Counted from the first letter of the stretch, positions 1-7,959 are shown. The stretch is DNA of 8,852 bases from Octopus sinensis (GCF_006345805.1 NW_021828279.1:1-8852), one strand, 5' to 3'. A program made the numbers and translations. The notes: generated by a model not told the origin, from the sequence alone.

Positions 1-247
1 CGCATCACTATCATGGCTGTGTCCAAGACTGTAAAAAATACAAGATATAAAGTAAAAAAAAAGAAAAAAATATTCTGCAAAACTTTTGCAGACGACTCCT
101 TTCTTGGTCGCCATTTTTTTAATTTGGACGCCATTGAAACGGCGTTCGTTTGGCAACGAGGCAAAAGATCGGAAAGAATTCTCTTCATGAAACTTGTCAG
201 CATTGCAAATTCATTCCATTCATCCTATAATCCGGTGAAGCTCTTCG

Positions 248-875
248 TGGTGGTGGCGGCGGTGGCGGTGGTGGCAACATTAGTGATCATTATTCAGGTG
301 ATAATGATGATGACGATGATGATGGTGATGACGATGATGATGAAGGTGGTGGGGTGATGATGACGACGACGACGACGATGGTGATGAAGATGAAGATGAT
401 GACGACGATGATGATGATGATGACGACGACGACGACGGTGATGGTGGTGGTGATGTTAGGGATGATAGTGATAATAATGATAATGATGGTGGTGGTGATG
501 ATGATAATGGTGTTGGTATTGGTAGTGCAGATGCTAGTGTTGTTGTTGTCGTTCTCCCGATGATGATGATGATGACAATAATGATGATGATGATGGTGAT
601 GATGATGACAGTGGTGTAGTGTTGCTGCTGCTGAGGGTATTGATGGTATTGATGATAATGATGATAGTGATCGTCGTCGTGTTGATGAATATCATGATGA
701 CGATGATGACGACAGTGATGATGATGATGATGATGATGATAATGACAACAACGGCCAATGTTGTAGAAGATGATGATGATGGTGGTGATAGTGGTGATGG
801 TGGTGATGACGATGAGGATGACGACGATGATAGTAGTGATGATGATGATGACGACAACGGCCACTTTTGATGATG
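248..875. repeat. Compound trinucleotide microsatellite (GAT/GTG/GAC/AAT)n
   Basis: Continuous imperfect gat, ggt and gac triplets. It explains the poly-M, poly-H, poly-S and poly-D ORFs on both strands. Confidence 0.95.
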
Positions 876-878
876 GTC

Positions 879-1108
879 ATTTCTTTTATTGCCCACCAGG
901 GGCTAAACATTGAGGGGACAAACAAGGACAGAGAAGGGGATTAAGTTGATTACATCGACCCCAGTGCGTAACTGGTACTTATTTAATCGACCCCGAAAGG
1001 ATGAAAGGCAAAGTCAACCTCGGCGGAATTTGAACTCAGAACGTAACGGCAGACGAACTACCGCTAAGCATTTCACCCAGCTTGCTAACGTTTCTGCCAG
1101 CTCGCCGC
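879..1108 (-). mobile_element. tRNA-derived SINE, short type, copy 1 (tail variant ending ...cctggtgggcaataaaagaaat)
   Basis: The minus strand begins gcggcgagctggcagaaacgttagc (A-box-like tggcagaaacg) and has B box gagttcaaattcc. The body reads gcctttcatcctttcggggtcgattaaataagtaccagttacgcactggggtcgatgta. Positions ~949-1106 align closely with 3453-3610. The body resembles the Meta/MESC SINE domain (from memory). Confidence 0.88.
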
Positions 1109-1109
1109 G

Positions 1110-1197
1110 AGGAGGAGGAAGAGGGGGATGAGGAGGACGAGGACGATGGCGACAATGATGATGAGGATGATGATGATGGTGTTGATGATGATGACTA
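1110..1197. repeat. Degenerate (GAG/GAT/GAC)n microsatellite
   Basis: gaggaggaggaagagg...gatgatgatgatgac directly after the SINE head. Confidence 0.85.
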
Positions 1198-1695
1198 CCG
1201 TTTGTCTGTAAATGGTAACCTTAGCAAGAGACAAAGCTAGATTTTCTCATTCCTTGCAGATATTTATAATTGCAGTATTGTTTTTCAATTGACAAAAAAA
1301 AAAATTACACATGTGTGTTCTTATAGATATTATTGCTGTTGCCTCTATTGTCGTAGTAACCAAACGTGTCGTTGAAATTGTTCATATTAGTGTAGTTGTC
1401 TATAGAAATGTCAAATACTTTTTTAATAACGTATATTTTACTGAAAAATATTATTGTTAGTTGTATAGAAAAATAAAAAGAGATAAATTTTGTCTAAACA
1501 CAGATATCTCTTTTGCCGGATCCTCGTTTGGGCAGACGTCCAGATTATACAAAAACTCCTGTGATGAAGAAGAGAAAGTAAATAAATAAATAAAAAATAA
1601 ATTAATCTTCCATGCAATTTCACTTGGGAATATTCCAGAATCTATAAAAGAGATATGAAAACACGTCTGAGCAAGTCAGCAGTCAATAACGAATA

Positions 1696-1749
1696 TGATG
1701 GTGATGATGACAAGAAGAAGGATGACGTCGGCAACGACAACAATGATGT

Positions 1750-1801
<52 letters not shown>

Positions 1802-1802
1802 A

Positions 1803-1837
<35 letters not shown>

Positions 1838-1897
1838 AATGATGATGATGTTGATGATGATGATGATGATGATGTGGTTGTGGTGGTAGTGGTGGTG
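1696..1897. repeat. (GAT)n microsatellite grading into (GTG)n
   Basis: Near-pure gat run at ~1748-1872. It is the source of the poly-D, poly-M and poly-I ORFs. Confidence 0.95.
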
Positions 1898-2047
1898 TTT
1901 TCTACTTAAGGCATAAGGCCAGCAAATTTGAGGAGAGGAGCTGGTCAATTCCTTCGCCCCCAATACTCGACTGGTTCTATCATTAGCCCCCGGATGTGGG
2001 GGGAAAGGCGAAGTTTATCACAGCAAGAGTTGAACTCCGAACGTGAA
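1898..2047 (-). mobile_element. Degenerate older copy of the short SINE (same tail type as 3401-3610)
   Basis: tttctacttaaggcataaggccagcaaatttgaggagaggagctggtcaatt matches tttctactataggtacaagaccgcaacttttgggggaaggaactagtcaatt (3404 on). gaaaggcgaagtt...gagttgaactccgaacgt matches gaaaggcaaagtc...gaatttgaactcagaacgt. The head is not clearly recognisable. Confidence 0.72.
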
Positions 2048-2250
2048 TAGTTAGAACAGGTACACTAGCCATAATAACCACATGACCACATGATCGCATG
2101 ATGGACCATGCTATCGGATGTTGTTATACATTGCTGGCCACAACGCGCTTTGCACAGTTTTAGCTTTTAAATAGTGTCATCTCGCTAGATGGATTAGCAG
2201 GTTAACAATACCCATGATCGGAAGTCTAATCCGTAGCAGTTGTGGCAATT

Positions 2251-2372
2251 CTTTCAGCAGAGTGGACTAAAGCAATAGGAAATGAAATGTCTTGCTCAAG
2301 AAAACAACACGTCACTCCGTCTGCTGGCCGAACCCACGATTTATCAGTCGCGAATGCAACACTCTAAACACA
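2251..2372 (-). mobile_element. Degenerate tRNA-derived SINE head with CORE-like segment (third type)
   Basis: The minus strand reads tgtgtttagagtgttgcattcgcgactgataaatcgtgggttcggcc (A/B-box-like), then gtgttgttttcttgagcaagacatttcatttcctattgctttagtccactctgctg. The cttgagcaag motif parallels ccttgggtaag in the long SINE and the CORE motif ccttgggcaagt. It may extend leftwards to ~2100. Confidence 0.55.
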
Positions 2373-2380
2373 GTAATAAT

Positions 2381-3266
2381 GATACCCAAAGAGAGCTAAT
2401 AATACCGATGTTGACAAAGACCTTACCCATCAATGGCTTCTGGCTTAAAATCTGAAACAGAAGGGTTTATCATAGCAGCTCAAGATCAATGCCTACCTAC
2501 AAGGAACTACCAGGTAAACATATTAAAGAACGGCAGTAGCTCAACATGTCGTGTATGTCAACAACAAAATGGAACCATTGATCATGTTGTCTCCATGAGC
2601 AGTCTTCTTGCGCCTACAGAGTATCTCAACAGGCATGATAGAGCTGCACAATATATTCACTGGGTAATTTGCTAAAACCTGGACTTGCCCATAATAAAAA
2701 TGGTGGGAACACAAACCACCTCCAGTGCTTGAAAATGATCACATTTCACTCCTCAATAGGCCAGACATCATATTGAAATACCTCAGACAAAAATTATGCC
2801 TCCTCATTTATATGACTGTCCCAATCGATATAAACGTATCTCTCAAGACCTGCCAAAAAAGTTAGCAAGTATAAAGATCTTGAAATAGAAATTAGCAAAA
2901 TGTGGAACCTGAAGACTAAAACAATACCTGTTGTCATAGGTGCCCTGGGAATGATAGCAAAAGGGGCTGATTGCTACCTAACTCAGATACCAGGAAACCC
3001 CAAAATGGCAGAAATTCTAAAGATAGTGCTCATGAGAGCTGCCCATATCCTACGCAAAATAATTTCTATGTAACCTCAAGTTTTAAAACAAACACTTCTC
3101 GTATAGTCCTTAAGACATTCACTAGTGCAACACCAAAAAAAAAATCAAATATATGGCACCCTAGGCATAACACCAAGAGGAAATTTCAACTTGTTGTCGC
3201 TTGAGGTGTCTGGGTGAGACTTGGAGCCAACTTGCACAAATGTAAAGCAAAAGTCAAACAGAGAAC
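2381..3266 (+). mobile_element. 5'-truncated, inactivated non-LTR retrotransposon of the restriction-like-endonuclease type (R4/Dong-like): C-terminal ORF remnant plus 3' UTR
   Basis: Stitched across frameshifts: YPKRANNTDVDKDLTHQW (2383-) / SGLKSETEGFIIAAQDQCLPTRNY...CRVC...IDH...LAPTEYLNRHDRAAQYIHWVIC* (2433-2675) / WWEHKPPPVLENDHISLLNRPDII...LLIYMTVP (2701-) / SKYKDLEIEISKMWNLKTKTIPVVIGALGMI...AAHILRKIISM* (2861-3073). These are the ETEGFxxAxQDQ, CCHC knuckle, RPD and KYxDL...PVVIGALG motifs of R4-clade elements. The 3' UTR spans 3074-3266 and is followed by (AAT)n. Confidence 0.9.
2383..3073 (+). pseudogene. Disrupted zinc-knuckle / RLE endonuclease coding remnant of the retrotransposon
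   Basis: At least three frameshifts (~2436, ~2690, ~2860) and an in-frame stop at 2673-2675. The fourth CCHC ligand appears as Ser (VSMS). The expected catalytic Asp appears as Tyr (LIYMTVP). The usual WD...TD...I segment before NRPD is missing. Confidence 0.85.
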
Positions 3267-3312
3267 AATAATAATGATGATGTTGATAATAATAATAATA
3301 ACAATAGTAATA

Positions 3313-3400
<88 letters not shown>
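3267..3400. repeat. (AAT)n microsatellite, forming the tail of both the LINE (+) and the SINE (-)
   Basis: Near-pure aat run between the LINE 3' UTR and the SINE 3' end. Confidence 0.95.
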
Positions 3401-3401
<1 letters not shown>

Positions 3402-3610
3402 CCTTTCTACTATAGGTACAAGACCGCAACTTTTGGGGGAAGGAACTAGTCAATTACATCGACCCCAATGCGTAACTGGTACTTAATTCATCGTCCCCGA
3501 AAGGATGAAAAGTAAAGTCAACCTCGGCGGAATTTGAACTCAGAACGTAGCGACGGGCGAAATACCGCTATGCACTCCGTCCAGCGCGCTAACGATCCTG
3601 CTAGCTCGCC
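3401..3610 (-). mobile_element. tRNA-derived SINE, short type, copy 3 (tail variant ...cttgtacctatagtagaaagga(tta)n)
   Basis: Head ggcgagctagcaggatcgttagcgc, B box gagttcaaattcc, and a body homologous to 949-1106. Confidence 0.88.
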
Positions 3611-3614
3611 GGCT

Positions 3615-3615
3615 C

Positions 3616-3696
<81 letters not shown>
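3615..3696. repeat. (CAA)n then (AAT)n microsatellite
   Basis: Pure caa run switching abruptly to a pure aat run. Confidence 0.95.
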
Positions 3697-3697
<1 letters not shown>

Positions 3698-3964
3698 CCG
3701 ATGATCGTAATTATAGAAATTAGAAGAGACGAAATAATGGTTATGCAGGTAATAACGATCTTGATAATAGCAAAAGTGAAGGTGAGAAAGATAATAATGA
3801 TATTTATGATAATAATAATGACTATAGAGATAATGATCATAATGAGAGTAAATAGAGAGAAATAGAGGAAGGGGAGTAGAGGGAAGAGGAGAAGGGGAGG
3901 AAGGAGGAGAAGAAAATATGGCTGCCTGTTCAATGATATATATATATTTATATATGTATAATTT

Positions 3965-4370
3965 GATGGTGACAATGACGGTGGTGGTGGTTGTGGTGGT
4001 GGTCGTAGTGGTGGTGGTGGTGGTTGTCTTGGTGGTTGATGTGGTTGAGGTTTTGGTGATGGTGGTGATAATGATGTTGATGGTGATGACGATGGCAATG
4101 GTGGTGACGGTGGTTGAGGCGGTAATTGTGGCGGTTGTGGTGGTGGTGGTGGTGGTGGTGGTAATAATACTTATGATGATGATGACGCTGACAACGATGG
4201 GGATGAGGATGATGATGACGACGATGAAGTCGACGACAATAATGATGATGATGACGATGATGATGTTGACAATGATGACGATGATGACGGTGATGACGGT
4301 TGTCGTGGTAATGATGATGCTGTTCATTGAGGTGATGGTGGTGATGATGGGAACGATGAATATGATGAAT

Positions 4371-4416
<46 letters not shown>

Positions 4417-4935
4417 CGATGATGACGATGACGATGATGATGATGATGATAGTGATGATGATGATGTTGATGATGATGATGATGATGATGACGATGACGA
4501 CGATGATGATGATGATAGTGATGATGATGATGTTGATGATGATGATGATGATGATGGCGATGACGACGATGATGATGATGATAGTGATGATGATGATGTT
4601 GATGATGATGATTGATTGATTATGGCGATGATGACGATGAGTATGATGATGTGATGATGATGAATGTTGATGATGATGATGATGATGATGACGATGATAG
4701 TGATTATGATGATGTTGATGATGATGATGATGATGATGACGATGACGATGATGATGATGATGATAGTGATGATGATGATTGATGATGATGATGATGATGA
4801 TGATGACGATGATAGTGATTATGATTATGTGGATGATTGATGATGATGTGATGACGATGACGATGATGAAATGATGATGAATAGTTGATGATGATGATGT
4901 TGATGATGTTGATACTGATGACTGATGATATTTAT
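3965..4935. repeat. Long compound (GTG)n/(GAT)n microsatellite containing a 66-bp higher-order repeat
   Basis: gtg-rich at 3965-4160 and gat-rich at 4170-4935. The atagt marker recurs at 4449, 4515, 4581, 4697, 4763 and 4812. Confidence 0.95.
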
Positions 4936-4944
4936 GATGATATA

Positions 4945-5022
4945 ACTGCTACTGCTGCTGCTGCTAGCTACTAATACACCTAACTACTATTAACTACTAC
5001 TACTAATACTACTAATCTAATA

Positions 5023-5067
<45 letters not shown>

Positions 5068-5405
5068 TAATAATCGTGACGATCACTTTCTTGGCGGGGT
5101 GCTTCTGCTGTCGCTGCCAAGGACCACACCGCCGACGGTGGAGACGGCGCTGATGACGATAATGATGATAATCATAACGAAAATAATTATAACTTCTCGA
5201 CATCATTAATCATTACAATAATAACATTAATAACACTAATATTAATTGATGTAATAATATTGAGATTGACGACGATAATAATAACAACAATAATATTCAT
5301 AATAATAATAACAATAATAATAATAATAATAATAATAACAACGACAATTACAATAACAACGATAATAATATTAACAATAATGATTATAATAATTATAATA
5401 ATCAT
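4945..5405. repeat. (CTA/CTG)n, (AAT)n and decayed (AAT/AAC)n tracts interrupted by a short GC-rich stretch
   Basis: ctgctactgctg...actact, then aataat (5020-5075), then decayed aat/aac (5155-5405). Confidence 0.85.
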
Positions 5406-5444
5406 TCTGTCTGCGTTATTATATATAAAGTAAACATCGTACGC

Positions 5445-5467
5445 GCACACACACACCACACACACAA

Positions 5468-5500
<33 letters not shown>
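5445..5500. repeat. (CA)n microsatellite
   Basis: cacacacacaccacacacacaaacacacac... Confidence 0.9.
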
Positions 5501-5502
<2 letters not shown>

Positions 5503-5609
5503 GACGCAAACATATTATGATTATTATTATTGGCTAGAAGCATGTAATACCAAACGCATCTTACGGAAGAGAGATTATAAAACATGCAGCTATGCCCGTA
5601 CCCGCCCAT

Positions 5610-5860
5610 ATATATACATACATACATACATACATACATACGCACATACATACATACATACGTACTTACATACATACATACATACATACGTACGTACATA
5701 CATACATACATACATACATACGCACGCACATACATACATACATACGCACATACATATATACATACATACATACATACCTGCATACATGCATACATACATG
5801 TACGTATACACACACACATATATATATACATGCATATATATGTATATATAGATATATATA
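5610..5860. repeat. (TACA)n/(TA)n microsatellite at the 3' end of SINE 5861-6292
   Basis: tacatacatacatac arrays. They are the source of the YVCM and YIHT ORFs. Confidence 0.95.
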
Positions 5861-6292
5861 CTCTTTTACTTGTTTCAGTCATTTGACTGTGGCCATGCTG
5901 GAGCACCGCCTTTAGTCGAGCAAATCGACCCCAAGACTTATTCTTTGTAAGCCTAGTACTTATTTCTCGGTCTATTTTGTCGAACCGCTAAGTTACGAAG
6001 ACGTAAACACACCAGCATCAGTTGTCAAGCGATGTTAGGGGAACAAAGACACACAAACATACACACACACATATATACATGCATACATATATACATACAT
6101 ATATGCACACACACATATATACATACATACGGCGGGCTTCTTTCAGTTTCCCTCTACCAAATCCACTCATAAGGCTTTGGTCGGCCCGAGGCTATAGTAG
6201 AAGACACTTACCCAAGGTGCCATGCAGTAGGACGGAACCCGGAACTTGTGGTTCGTAAGCAAGCTACTTACCACACATCCACTCCTACGCCT
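5861..6292 (-). mobile_element. Long composite tRNA-derived SINE, copy A (full length)
   Basis: The minus strand reads aggcgtaggagtggatgtgtggtaag (A box)...gggttccgtcc (B box)...ggcaccttgggtaagtgtctt (CORE-like)...gtggatttggtagagggaaactgaaagaagcccg, then an internal TA/TG microsatellite (~6045-6130), then gatgctggtgtgtttacg...ataagtact...ggggtcgatttgctcgactaaaggcggtgctccagcatggccacagtcaaatgactgaaacaagtaaaagag. It is collinear with copies B and C. Confidence 0.92.
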
Positions 6293-6654
6293 ATTATATA
6301 TATATGTATATATGAAATAGACAAAAATAATGGGTTATATACATATATTTATTCAATAGGGGCTTACACTTGTTTCGGATATTCGTTTGTGTCACAATCT
6401 GTCACTCTTTTTTTGTGTAACACTTTGTCACAAATGCAGCCTACTGCAGCATACGTGTGATCCCAAAATCACAAATTTCACAACTTGCAAAGTAAACACA
6501 GAGATGTCACTTGGGTCAGTGCCTCGTAAAGATAACTGCTATATCTTACTGCGCACGCAACTGTATACTGCCATCTACTGGCGCACTACGGAACTAGTCC
6601 AAGAACTTTTTGATACCACCTCGTATTCATAATTGTAACGTATCGCGCATGCAT

Positions 6655-6827
6655 ACATCTGTGTTACTGTGTGGTAAAATGCTTGCTTCCTAAATGTACG
6701 GTTCTCGGTTCAGTCCCATTGCGTAGCATCTTGAGCAAATCTCTTCTACTGTGGCCTCTGGCCAACCAAAGCTGTGAGTAGATTTGGAAGACGGAAACTG
6801 AAAGAAGACCGTCGTATAAATGTATAT

Positions 6828-6868
<41 letters not shown>

Positions 6869-7148
6869 TATATATATATACATATAGATATAGATATATG
6901 TTATACATCTATATATATTTATACATACATATATGTGATGTGTGTGTGTGATTATATTTCTGAGTTTGTCACCTACAATCCCTTGGCAACCGATATTGGT
7001 GTGTTTACGCCAATATCGGTTCGGCAAAATGACCGATAGAATAAGTACTAGGCTTACAAAGAATAAGTCCTGGGGCCGATTTGCTCGGCTAAAGACGGTG
7101 CTCCAGCATGGCCGCAGTCAAATGACTAAAACAAGTAAAAGAATAAAA
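6655..7148 (+). mobile_element. Long composite SINE, copy B (more diverged head)
   Basis: ctgtgtggtaaaatgcttgc...ggttcagtccc...cttgagcaaatctcttctact...gatttggaagacggaaactgaaagaagaccgtcgta, an internal (TA)n at ~6815-6950, then a 3' half ending ggtgctccagcatggccgcagtcaaatgactaaaacaagtaaaagaa. The start coordinate is approximate. Confidence 0.9.
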
Positions 7149-7188
<40 letters not shown>

Positions 7189-7220
7189 TGTGTGTGTATG
7201 TATATATGTATGTATGTATG

Positions 7221-7254
<34 letters not shown>

Positions 7255-7520
7255 TGTATATATTTATATATATATAGATATGTATACATATATATAACAC
7301 GCACAAAGACAATATATATGTCTGCGTGTATGTTTATATATATGTATGTATCTTTATGGATATACATATATATATACACACACACATACATATGTTTATG
7401 TATATATATATATATATATATATGAATACGCACACACGAAACACATAATACGTACATAAATACAAACAAGCGTAAGCATACATATTTGTCCATATACACA
7501 CACATATACACACACATACA
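7149..7520. repeat. (TA)n/(TATG)n/(CA)n compound microsatellite after the tail of copy B
   Basis: atatat, tgtgtg, tatgtatg arrays. Confidence 0.92.
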
Positions 7521-7794
7521 AAATAAAGAACAAATGTCAAAATGTCTAAATCATACGACACACAATAATAAGACGCTGACGACGCCGCCACCACCGACGT
7601 CGCCACCAAAAACAATAACAACAACAACAACAGCAATGACAATAAGAAACCTATGGAAATGAGAAAGATGACAAAATACAGAGAAAAGAAAATGTCTGGC
7701 CAATATGGTGTCCGTATTTTTGAGTGAATCACGTGAAAATGTGATTTATTTGATATTTCAATTAAGTGAGCGACATTTATGGAACGTCAGACGG

Positions 7795-7930
7795 AGCAGG
7801 GGTGAGAGGGGAAGAGGAGGAGCGGAGGGTGAGAGGTGCAGAGAGAGTGAGAGAGTTGGCGGGAGGGAGAAGAGGAAGGGAGAGATTGTGAGGCGGGAAG
7901 AGAGAGAAAGATAGGGAAAGGAATTGGGAG
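7795..7930. repeat. Polypurine GA-rich low-complexity tract
   Basis: ggggtgagaggggaagaggaggagcggaggg...gagagagaaagatagggaaaggaa is almost all purines on +. Confidence 0.85.
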
Positions 7931-7959
7931 ACACCGAATGACGGCGAGGCAGTTACATA

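Noticed and set aside
893-906. CTCF-like ccaccaggggcta
   Set aside because: One G short of the core, lacks the GGC(A/G) end, and lies within a SINE tail.
280-925. Overlapping ORFs rich in His, Ser, Met or Asp
   Set aside because: They are translations of GAT/GTG triplet repeats, open in several frames on both strands, with no domain content.
910-1131. 73-aa ORF, and ORFs at 6022-6258, 6746-7027 and 8255-8635
   Set aside because: Chance frames running through non-coding SINE sequence.
1655-1963. Poly-D, poly-I and poly-M ORFs
   Set aside because: Pure (GAT)n microsatellite.
2073-2250. Possible additional interspersed repeat or 3' part of the SINE at 2251-2372
   Set aside because: It looks vaguely familiar, but there is no second copy in the window and no diagnostic motif, so I cannot support a call without a repeat library search.
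2433-2675. 80-aa ORF as a stand-alone zinc-finger gene
   Set aside because: It is one frame segment of the broken retrotransposon ORF, and homology continues in other frames on both sides.
3601-4619. Long ORFs of 165-237 aa, including a mucin-like poly-T and a poly-P stretch
   Set aside because: They lie entirely in GTG/GAT/AAT repeats, which lack stops in most frames.
4449-4830. CRISPR-like regular repeat array
   Set aside because: The units are contiguous low-complexity repeats with no unique spacers, no cas genes are present, and the context is eukaryotic.
5147-5160. Other CTGATGA or GTGATGA occurrences as hammerhead cores (also ~1561)
   Set aside because: No stem II followed by GAAA. 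They are by-products of GAT repeats or purine tracts.
5187-5915. YVCM/YIHT repeat ORFs, and similar ones at 6942-7517
   Set aside because: Translations of (TATG)n and (TA)n tracts.
6215-6292. tRNA genes at the SINE heads (also 1030-1108, 3530-3610 and 8534-8610)
   Set aside because: They have A/B boxes only, with no complete cloverleaf or acceptor stem, and they continue into SINE bodies.
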